This document shows positions 56,836-64,000 of a DNA stretch of 64,000 nucleotides, piece by piece. This stretch comes from a virus: the IMG/VR virus record IMGVR_UViG_3300008117_000445, positions 1 to 64,000 of that record, one strand, 5' to 3'. The notes beneath the pieces are model-generated. The model worked only from the letters and a program-made list of their open reading frames with translations, did no database searches and had not been told where the DNA came from. A program made the translations under genes and the position numbers. Each line of letters begins with the position of its first letter. Within the stretch, counting starts at the first letter, position 1.

Positions 56836-57657
56836 AAAATAATAGTAACGGAAGAACAATTAAACCATTTAGTTGAAAACGTGAGTCCTTGTCCTAAAGG
56901 GAAAAAAGAAGATAAATTAGTGACGTTAAATGACCTTAAAAGGGGTTCAATAATTGAAAAAGGTTATTGTAATTCCAATAGTGAATCGGCGATTGTTAAA
57001 ATACAAAAAATGTTACAAGATAAAGGACTTTTGGATAGAAGTAGTTATCCAGGTTATTATGGTGATAAAACACAAGAAGCCATAAAAAAGTTGTTTACTG
57101 GGATTAATGTAACCGGTCAAAAAATAGGCCCAAAAACTTTAACAAAGTTAGAAACACCAAAAAAATCAGAAACTGTAACCAAAAAAAGTGGACTCGTAAG
57201 TAAAGTTGAAGCTGAAAAATTATTTAATGGATTAAGTTATAGTGAAAAAGTTTTAGTTTGTACATTATTAGGTGAAGCCGGAGGTGAAAAAAATCCAAGA
57301 AACGCAATGACCGCAATAGCTAATGTTTTAAGAAATAGAGCTAAAAAAGGACATTTAAAAAAAACAACAATGGTTGACCAAGCCTTAGCACCATTTCAAT
57401 TCTCTATGTGGAATAATAAAAGTACCTCAACCGTTTTTAATGAACTTAAAAATCACGGACAAATGGCAACTGCAATTGATATAGTAAAAAATATTAATTC
57501 ATTATCCGACATTACAAATGGGGCACTATATTATTACGCAAATTACGTTTCACCAAATTGGGCAAAAAATACAGATACAACTATATGGAAGGAAACGGCG
57601 GAAATAGGTAAACATATATTTGGAAATGTGTTACCTAAACGAAAAAAAAGAAAATAA
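56836..57657 (+). CDS. leader-family cell-wall hydrolase: PG-binding domain + SleB-like Hydrolase_2
   Basis: MKIIVTEEQLNHLVENV leader; IVKIQKMLQDKGLL..YYGDKTQEAIKKLF (PG_binding_1); LVCTLLGEAGGE...NVLRNR...APFQFSMWN (cell wall hydrolase SleB family). Confidence 0.6.
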   Translation, partial: KIIVTEEQLNHLVENVSPCPKGKKEDKLVTLNDLKRGSIIEKGYCNSNSESAIVKIQKMLQDKGLLDRSSYPGYYGDKTQEAIKKLFTGINVTGQKIGPKTLTKLETPKKSETVTKKSGLVSKVEAEKLFNGLSYSEKVLVCTLLGEAGGEKNPRNAMTAIANVLRNRAKKGHLKKTTMVDQALAPFQFSMWNNKSTSTVFNELKNHGQMATAIDIVKNINSLSDITNGALYYYANYVSPNWAKNTDTTIWKETAEIGKHIFGNVLPKRKKRK

Positions 57658-57658
57658 A

Positions 57659-58225
57659 ATGAAAATAATAATCACTGAAAATCAATTCAATATACTGAGT
57701 GAACAAAATCTTAAAGAGTTTTTGTACAAATTCTGGGATAGTCAAAAGAGACAGGGTGAAGAACCATCACTGGATGATATTATATTTCAAGTCACAGATA
57801 TAACAAAAAATAACACAGAAGATCACCGATTAATAAGACCTATATGGTATGAATATAATGGTGGATATGATAAGTTATTAAAAAAAATAGATGAGGAGTT
57901 TTTAGATAAAAAGTTTTATTTGGAAGGTAGAGAAAATCTTAAAATGGATTTTAAAGTTAATAATATTGAATCTTATGGTGTTGATGTTTACGGTGGAATG
58001 GTTGACGTTGGTTGTCGTATATTAGGGGGTACTGTTGATGGGTATGTTTATAATGAAGAAACTGAAGAATCGGAAATGGTTCCTAATATGGATATTAGAG
58101 ATCAATACGCGGAATTAGAATATGATACTGGTGATTTTGACGATTTTTTAAAGTCTGAAATTTATAAATTTTTGGACAATAAATTTGAAATTTATGGTGT
58201 ACCTTTTTATATAGAAATTAATTAA
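57659..58225 (+). CDS. leader-family protein (MKIIITENQFNILSEQN)
   Basis: fourth of tandem array; internal Met of track ORF 57620..58225. Confidence 0.5.
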   Translation: MKIIITENQFNILSEQNLKEFLYKFWDSQKRQGEEPSLDDIIFQVTDITKNNTEDHRLIRPIWYEYNGGYDKLLKKIDEEFLDKKFYLEGRENLKMDFKVNNIESYGVDVYGGMVDVGCRILGGTVDGYVYNEETEESEMVPNMDIRDQYAELEYDTGDFDDFLKSEIYKFLDNKFEIYGVPFYIEIN

Positions 58226-58264
58226 ACAATTTTCTTTTTAAACAATCTAAACTATTATTACAAT

Positions 58265-58516
58265 ATGAAAACTTTTAGACAGAATTTAAATATTTGGCTT
58301 GAAGAACAAAAAAACGAATCCGGTAGTCCGGAAGTTAAAATTGTTTTGGAACAAGTACAAACATATATTAAAAGTCAGGAAAAAGAGGAAGAAAATATGG
58401 TAAATTCCGCATACGATAGAGGGTACTTTGATAAGGAATTAAAACACACAAAAAAAGGAAATTATTACCAACAGACATATAAATTACATGATAAACTTAA
58501 AAAAATGATAAAATAA
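58265..58516 (+). CDS. hypothetical protein
   Basis: 83-aa ORF. Confidence 0.4.
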   Translation: MKTFRQNLNIWLEEQKNESGSPEVKIVLEQVQTYIKSQEKEEENMVNSAYDRGYFDKELKHTKKGNYYQQTYKLHDKLKKMIK

Positions 58517-58517
58517 A

Positions 58518-58832
58518 ATGGAAATAACAGCTAAAGAATTACAAGAAAAAATCCAAAACGGTGATAAAATAATATTGAAATTAGGTGCCGAATGGTGCCA
58601 TCCATGTAATATCCTTAATCCAATTTTTGAAAGGGTTTCAAGTAACAATGAAACTGATGTACAACTATTTACAATGGATGTTGACAAAAATAGTGACTTT
58701 GTTAAGTCATTAGGTGTGAGAAGTGTACCGACAATTAAATTATTTAACAACGGTGAAGTGATTGAAACCAAAGTCGGAATTCAAACTGAAGAACAAATCA
58801 AAACTTTGGTTAGTAATTTAAACTCCAATTAA
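58518..58832 (+). CDS. trx: thioredoxin
   Basis: active site AEWCHPC, thioredoxin fold length and downstream VPT cis-Pro. Confidence 0.7.
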   Translation: MEITAKELQEKIQNGDKIILKLGAEWCHPCNILNPIFERVSSNNETDVQLFTMDVDKNSDFVKSLGVRSVPTIKLFNNGEVIETKVGIQTEEQIKTLVSNLNSN

Positions 58833-58837
58833 AAAAA

Positions 58838-59002
58838 ATGAAAAAAATAATTGTCATATTAATTTTGTTTTATATTTTTGTTTCCTGTAAAACAACAAAA
58901 ACAAAATGTGACGCATATGGAAACTCAAAACAAATTAATGAAAATAGAGATAACAGTTCAAGAAATTTGGGCAGCAACTCGTCCTATTATTCAAAAATCT
59001 AA
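58838..59002 (+). CDS. small lipoprotein (54 aa)
   Basis: hand-read ORF MKKIIVILILFYIFVSCKTTK... with lipobox. Confidence 0.3.
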   Translation: MKKIIVILILFYIFVSCKTTKTKCDAYGNSKQINENRDNSSRNLGSNSSYYSKI

Positions 59003-59058
59003 AAAACAATATTCACGTAAAGAAAAACATAAAAAAAGATTTTGATATAAATTAAAAA

Positions 59059-59085
59059 AGGAAGTGAATTACTTCCTTTTTGTTA
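59059..59085. terminator. bidirectional rho-independent terminator
   Basis: AAAAAAGGAAGTgaattACTTCCTTTTTG. Confidence 0.6.
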
Positions 59086-59367
59086 CATATTTTTTAAAAC
59101 CATTTCCAATGAATAAATTGATTCCTTATCCTGTTTCGTTTTAATATTTTTGGATTTCAGATAATTCAAGGTTTCAACCACTTCATCTTTTTTGGATTTT
59201 ACGGGAACCGTTTTGACAGACATATTACTCTCAACTTGAGAAGTAATAGGTACTTCAACATAAACGATTTCTTTTTGTGTGTGATACAAATGGTTATAGA
59301 TGTCAATTGCGGTTTTAGCGTGACGAGTTGTGCAACGAATCACAAGATATTTAAGTAGTTCTTTCAT
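59083..59367 (-). CDS. hypothetical protein
   Basis: 94-aa ORF on minus strand. Confidence 0.4.
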   Translation of the reverse strand: MKELLKYLVIRCTTRHAKTAIDIYNHLYHTQKEIVYVEVPITSQVESNMSVKTVPVKSKKDEVVETLNYLKSKNIKTKQDKESIYSLEMVLKNM

Positions 59368-59562
59368 ATAACAAAGATAAGGAAAATATTTCTATTGACC
59401 TAACTCTTTGTAATATTTTTGAAGAAGTTTGTTGTTATTTTCAATCAATCTTAAAGTTTTTTTGATGCTCTTTAACGATTTACCTTTTGTTCCTTGTTTT
59501 TTTGCTTTTGCCATTTTACTTTAGTTTAGTTATAAATATTATTAAAGTGATATTTATACTTT

Positions 59563-59976
59563 ATGAGACGGTTAATTAGAGAAAATCACAACAAACAAAA
59601 ACTAAGAGAAAATCTTGAAACCTTAATTTATATAATTGAGACAAATAAAAAAACAAATCTTATTGAATCAATTGAACTTACAGATGTAAACTATTATGAA
59701 AAATCAGGATCATTTGATGCTGAAATTAAAGTTAAAAGTTGGTTTGAAGAACATGATTTGACCGCGTTAGCTGATACATTAAAAGAAATTGATAGTGATA
59801 TATGGCAAACAATGGGACGTTATGAATTTGATAAAAATTTAAATATTAAAAAAATACCTATACACGGTTTTTCAAATTTAATGTGGGCAACAACTGCCGT
59901 TGATTGGGACATACAAACAAATCAAGATTTAAATATTAGATTCGCAATTATCCAAGATAAATTTAGAGATGAATAA
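59563..59976 (+). CDS. leader-family-like protein (MRRLIRENHNKQKLREN)
   Basis: 137-aa ORF. Confidence 0.45.
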   Translation: MRRLIRENHNKQKLRENLETLIYIIETNKKTNLIESIELTDVNYYEKSGSFDAEIKVKSWFEEHDLTALADTLKEIDSDIWQTMGRYEFDKNLNIKKIPIHGFSNLMWATTAVDWDIQTNQDLNIRFAIIQDKFRDE

Positions 59977-61861
59977 TTTAATTCAAAATATAATCAGAGA
60001 AGAAACGGATCAAAGTAAATTATATTTGAAGGGTATAGATATTACTGTATCAATCCTAAAAAAATATTATCCATTTATAATTGGTTGGGAGTTAAAAAAC
60101 GAATACACATCATTTTTTGAAATTGATGTGATATGTGATATTAATAAAACATCTGAATTTTATGATAGTCCGATACTTCCTGAGTTTTTTGAATATGGTT
60201 TCAGATCGGTTCCTTATCCGCACTGGTTACTTGATTTATGTAATAAATTAAATGAGGATGAAAATTTCGCTTTATACAGAGATATAAAGAATGAACTCAA
60301 CGAAATATACGATGAGATTCCTAATGAATTTAAAAAATTATTTGGTACCGCCAAAAATGTGTATTTAGACATTACAATTGATAGGTTCATATTCGTTAAT
60401 CCAGAAAAACTTGAAGAATCAAAAAGAGTTAACTTAAAAGAAAAATATAAAATACCCAAAGATGAATTTGTTGAATTATATAGGGATAATGATTTTATTT
60501 TGACAATACCATTAACACACGAAGCATCAAAGAAATATGGTTCTGACACCAAATGGTGTACGACAACCAAAGAGTGTTCAAAAAAGTTTGAGGATCACAC
60601 AAATTTAGGTGTTTTAGGTTATATTACAATAAGAGATAAAGAACTAAAAAATAAGTTAGAAAATAACGCCTTTGCTTTATATAGATTGTATGGTGACGAC
60701 GTAAATAGAACCATAGTTTTTGATGATCAAAACAATGAATATAGAAACGGAGAGCAATGGTTATCCAACAAGTTTGATAGAGTTGATAAGTTGTTTCAAT
60801 TTTACAAAATGTTTAGAAATTTCAATGAGTATTTTGAAAAACAAAATGTTAAAAAACAAATTAACGAATCTGAAGATAGACCAAATAAAGAGATTATTAA
60901 TAATGTAGTAAACGAATTAATATTACCAAATTATAAAGATGTTATTTGTGATATTGAATATATTGATAAAGACGAAAGATTAGATTTTTGGGGTGAACCA
61001 TCCTTTAATCAATCTAGAGTTACTATTACCTTTATTGGTGAAAAACCATTAAAAATTAAAGAACGGGACAAATATGATAATATAATGAATGAAATTTGGG
61101 ACACAATTCACGATTATGTGGGTATAAGTGTTGATCTTTATGCGAGGTATAGTGATAAGTGTGAAAAAGAAAATATAAATGAATCTAAAGACAGACCAAA
61201 CTATTTGGGTGTAATTGAAAAATTGGTTACCAGTTATAAAGATAGGGAATTTGTTTGTGATGTTGAGGTTTTATACGATGAAGAAGATGATTTTTATGTT
61301 GTAACATTATGGTTTGATCCAGAACAAATGGGTGAAAGACCTGATTTTTATGTTAAAAATTTAAGAAAAGAATTAACCACCGAAATTAAAAATTATCTAC
61401 CAATAGATAATATATATGTTGGTTCCGGTGGTAATGTTGGTTGTAGTAAGAAACGAATAACAGAAAATAAAATTCCATCATCAGATTATAATTCGTTAGA
61501 GAAGGTTATGAATCTGGTAATGGAAGAAAAATATGATTGGTGGAAAGATATAAAAATTAATAACATATTCAACTGGGGTGGACCCAATGATTATAATAAC
61601 TACACAAATATAGAAGCCGAAATAACAGTTGACGAAGATTGGGGCGGTAACCAATGGAATGAATATAATCCTCATATGGAATTTCCTGGAAATAAAGGGT
61701 GGGAAGATAATGAAGAATACGAACTAGTGAGTCTTGGTGACATAATTGGGTCAAACTTAGCTAACGAAATAAGAGAAACCATTTCGGAAGTTTTAAAATA
61801 TACATTAGGTATTGAAATAAACACAATGTCCTTTAGGAATTTAATGTTAATTTTTGAGTAA
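59969..61861 (+). CDS. large leader-family protein (MNNLIQNIIREETDQ) with internal domain duplication
   Basis: 630 aa; NESEDRPNKEIINNVVNEL... and NESKDRPNYLGVIEKLV... mark two copies of a ~100-aa module. Confidence 0.5.
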   Translation: MNNLIQNIIREETDQSKLYLKGIDITVSILKKYYPFIIGWELKNEYTSFFEIDVICDINKTSEFYDSPILPEFFEYGFRSVPYPHWLLDLCNKLNEDENFALYRDIKNELNEIYDEIPNEFKKLFGTAKNVYLDITIDRFIFVNPEKLEESKRVNLKEKYKIPKDEFVELYRDNDFILTIPLTHEASKKYGSDTKWCTTTKECSKKFEDHTNLGVLGYITIRDKELKNKLENNAFALYRLYGDDVNRTIVFDDQNNEYRNGEQWLSNKFDRVDKLFQFYKMFRNFNEYFEKQNVKKQINESEDRPNKEIINNVVNELILPNYKDVICDIEYIDKDERLDFWGEPSFNQSRVTITFIGEKPLKIKERDKYDNIMNEIWDTIHDYVGISVDLYARYSDKCEKENINESKDRPNYLGVIEKLVTSYKDREFVCDVEVLYDEEDDFYVVTLWFDPEQMGERPDFYVKNLRKELTTEIKNYLPIDNIYVGSGGNVGCSKKRITENKIPSSDYNSLEKVMNLVMEEKYDWWKDIKINNIFNWGGPNDYNNYTNIEAEITVDEDWGGNQWNEYNPHMEFPGNKGWEDNEEYELVSLGDIIGSNLANEIRETISEVLKYTLGIEINTMSFRNLMLIFE

Positions 61862-61863
61862 AA

Positions 61864-62559
61864 ATGAAACAACTAATTAGAAAAATATTAAAAGAAGAAA
61901 TTAACAAGAAGTTTACAAAACCTAATGAGAAATTAGATAGTCTTGTTTATAATTGGTTAGACAACTATTTTGAAGGTTCACAAATTTACAAAGAAGAATA
62001 TTGGAAATATTATGGTTTCACATACCAATTTTGTAAAAATAGTAGAGAAATTGCAGATTTAAGAATTGAATTTGATGACAGAAGCCCTGATTGGGGACCA
62101 AGTGATAAAAGACCAACAAGTGAAAGAAGTGTTAAAGAAGTAATGTTATACATTTATCCTATTATGGTAAATGAGTTAGTTACAGATATACCAATTAGAA
62201 AAAACTATTTATTATATCTTATTGAAGAATGGTTTGAAGATACAAAATTAGATGAAATCCAACAAGAGTTCAACAGAAATGATTTATCTTTAGATTATGT
62301 TTCCGTATTTGAAAGTAGAAAAAGAGGAGATATATGTGTTCCACCACCAACAAAACCTGAAGGTGTAACAATGCAAGAAATGATGGATTACATCAAAAAA
62401 AATACTTTGTTTTCTTACAAAGACATGGAAGAACATGAAGAAGATGAACCAGGTTGGATTGAAAAAACATATTTAGGAAAACTTCAAGGAAAAGAAAAAG
62501 AAAGAATTAATCAAGAAGATAGAGAAAATAATCCTGAACCATTTGATGATAGATATTAA
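61864..62559 (+). CDS. leader-family protein (MKQLIRKILKEEINKKF)
   Basis: 231-aa ORF. Confidence 0.5.
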   Translation: MKQLIRKILKEEINKKFTKPNEKLDSLVYNWLDNYFEGSQIYKEEYWKYYGFTYQFCKNSREIADLRIEFDDRSPDWGPSDKRPTSERSVKEVMLYIYPIMVNELVTDIPIRKNYLLYLIEEWFEDTKLDEIQQEFNRNDLSLDYVSVFESRKRGDICVPPPTKPEGVTMQEMMDYIKKNTLFSYKDMEEHEEDEPGWIEKTYLGKLQGKEKERINQEDRENNPEPFDDRY

Positions 62560-62564
62560 ATAAG

Positions 62565-62933
62565 ATGAATCTACAAGAAAACATAAGAAGAATATTAAAA
62601 GAAGAAACAGAAGGTATGTCACCACTAGAGCAGACAGTTGCTGATTTTATTAATATGAATCTATCTGAATATGATTTACCAGAAGACTTTGATAGAGTTG
62701 CCGTAGATATATTTGATAATGAATATGATAGAAAAGAGTGTGTAGTGACCATATTATTTGAGAAACCATTTAATTTAAAAGATTCAGATAGAATGCATGA
62801 TATAATGAATGAAATAAAAAAAGAAATCAAAAAATATTTTGGTGATACTTTTTGGTATATAAAATTAGGAACATCGACGGTAGATGTTTATAACAGTACC
62901 AAAGATTGGTACACCAAAAGAAAGAATAAATAA
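62565..62933 (+). CDS. leader-family protein (MNLQENIRRILKEETEG)
   Basis: 122-aa ORF. Confidence 0.5.
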   Translation: MNLQENIRRILKEETEGMSPLEQTVADFINMNLSEYDLPEDFDRVAVDIFDNEYDRKECVVTILFEKPFNLKDSDRMHDIMNEIKKEIKKYFGDTFWYIKLGTSTVDVYNSTKDWYTKRKNK

Positions 62934-63259
62934 TGGAAGACATTAAAATCCTTCACCTAAAAAGTAACGCACAAAAATTGGAAACTTGGGTTGCCATGTT
63001 AAATGGTGAAATAGTTGGACACATTTATTTGGAAAGGGAGGATAACAAAAAAATTAAATTCCTTGATGCTTGGGTTCATCACGACCATAGAAGAAAGGGA
63101 ATCTACCGAATGTTGTGGGACACAAGGTGGGAATATGTTCAAGAAAATTATAAAGGGTGGATTGCCTTTGCCTGGTGTAAACCATCATCACTACCATTAC
63201 TATTAGAAAAAGATTTCACAACCGGTGAAACTTGTACCTACGTTGAAAGAGAAATTTAA
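62933..63259 (+). CDS. GNAT-family N-acetyltransferase-like
   Basis: motif A-like VHHDHRRKGIYRMLW (R-x-x-G-x-G/A region). Confidence 0.45.
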   Translation: MEDIKILHLKSNAQKLETWVAMLNGEIVGHIYLEREDNKKIKFLDAWVHHDHRRKGIYRMLWDTRWEYVQENYKGWIAFAWCKPSSLPLLLEKDFTTGETCTYVEREI

Positions 63260-63307
63260 TCACAATTAATTTAGAAAAATCAAATATTTTTTTGTATATT
63301 TACCATT

Positions 63308-63577
63308 ATGGTTAGTGGTACTATTTTAGAATATTTTGAAGATATAATGAGGGGTGGTTTCAGAGAGGATGTGCAAAAATATTTAAGTTTTTTTAATGGT
63401 GATTGCGGACGTTTACTTATGACCGTCACAATTCCTTATGACTTACTTTCAAACATGAACAATAAACATTTTGATGATTATATGGTGCGGTTTACGAATT
63501 CAATAAATGAAAGAATGGTGAGGTATGGTTTTGAACTTAATAAAGATTACGTAATTGATGTAATAAGAACAGAATGA
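63308..63577 (+). CDS. hypothetical protein
   Basis: 89-aa ORF; TATATTTA box upstream. Confidence 0.4.
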   Translation: MVSGTILEYFEDIMRGGFREDVQKYLSFFNGDCGRLLMTVTIPYDLLSNMNNKHFDDYMVRFTNSINERMVRYGFELNKDYVIDVIRTE

Positions 63578-63837
63578 ACCCAAAGTTAGAATATATCGAA
63601 GAATTGGTTAGAAATAATATTAGTGATGAACTTAAACATACATTAAACTTCACACTAAATGAAAATAATGTAGTACTAATCAATGTTAAATATGAAACAT
63701 TAGATATGGTGCCTAGTGTATGGGGACAAATTATACGTAGAAGAATAGTTGAAACACTTTACTCATTTGGTATGAGAGTAAATGAAGATTACAAAATAGA
63801 AACAGAAATATCATGGAAAAACACCTTACGACAATAG
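63574..63837 (+). CDS. hypothetical protein
   Basis: 87-aa ORF. Confidence 0.4.
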   Translation: MNPKLEYIEELVRNNISDELKHTLNFTLNENNVVLINVKYETLDMVPSVWGQIIRRRIVETLYSFGMRVNEDYKIETEISWKNTLRQ

Positions 63838-64000
63838 AATACATCAAAGACATACTTGAAGAAGATGATTTAGATATTACTTTTAAAAAAGGCAAATACG
63901 TCATTAAATTTATAATTGACGCTAAAAATAGCATGACTATGGATGCCATTGCAAAACTTAGAGGTATTGGTAAAAAAACTATGACAGAATCAAAACTATT
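63813..64000 (+). CDS. hypothetical protein, 5' partial (runs off window)
   Basis: MEKHLTTIEYIKDILEEDDLDITFKKGKYVIKF... open to the window end. Confidence 0.35.
   Translation, partial: MEKHLTTIEYIKDILEEDDLDITFKKGKYVIKFIIDAKNSMTMDAIAKLRGIGKKTMTESKL

Noticed and set aside
59396-59518. Small basic minus-strand ORF (MAKAKKQGTKGKSLKSIKKTLRLIENNNKLLQKYYKELGQ) upstream of 59083..59367
   Set aside because: Only ~40 codons and low complexity; plausible but unsupported, so not listed as a feature.
1-64000. Giant eukaryotic virus origin (AT-rich, many small ORFs, thyA, AAA ATPase, TnpB)
   Set aside because: Presence of peptidoglycan-binding amidase and SleB-like hydrolases, Bacteroidetes TAnnTTTG promoters, rho-independent terminators, T9SS sorting domain and a tRNA cluster all point to a bacteriophage of a Bacteroidetes host.

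Overview
This AT-rich (~30% GC) window is almost entirely coding, with short genes tiled mostly on the + strand. I read it as part of a large virulent bacteriophage, possibly a jumbo phage, of a Bacteroidetes/Flavobacteriia host, not a bacterial chromosome or a eukaryotic virus. The host call rests on three things I can see in the sequence: (i) the Bacteroidetes-type promoter -7 box TAnnTTTG (often TATATTTGTA) recurs within a few nt of start codons; (ii) peptidoglycan-binding/amidase and SleB-like cell-wall hydrolase genes; (iii) secreted proteins with SprB-like repeats and a T9SS (gliding-motility) C-terminal sorting domain.

Landmarks:
- An ORF-free ~2.4 kb promoter/structured-RNA/tRNA island at 410-2780, including a good tRNA-Ala(UGC) and several atypical tRNA-like genes that share a GTCAG acceptor stem.
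- A TnpB-only IS200/IS605-family element (2960-4385) that splits a yqeY (GatB/YqeY-domain)-like gene.
- A ~1080-aa tail-fibre/adhesin-like gene with two 14-aa repeat arrays and a frameshift inside the 42-nt repeat array.
- An endolysin (PG-binding + amidase_2) next to a holin-like small ORF.
- thyA followed by a free-standing GIY-YIG homing endonuclease.
- A dispersed RNA-repair toolkit: 2H phosphoesterase, P-loop Pnk-like kinase + calcineurin-type phosphoesterase, and an Rnl2-family RNA ligase with KLHGTN motif I.
- ClpP, a classic AAA ATPase, three HAD phosphatases, and thioredoxin.

The most unusual feature is a family of at least 15 otherwise unrelated proteins sharing a ~16-aa N-terminal leader, MK(I/V)I(I/V)TE(E/S)Q(F/L/Y)xxLxE and the variant MKxLIRKILKEE. 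The family includes a cell-wall hydrolase, an HExxH metalloprotease, and a large membrane protein. Four members sit in tandem at 56088-58225. I propose this leader is a virion-packaging/propeptide signal, a capsid-targeting sequence, or another shared sorting/degron tag, marking a set of packaged or ejected effector proteins.

Coordinates of non-CDS features are hand-counted and may be off by 1-3 nt.
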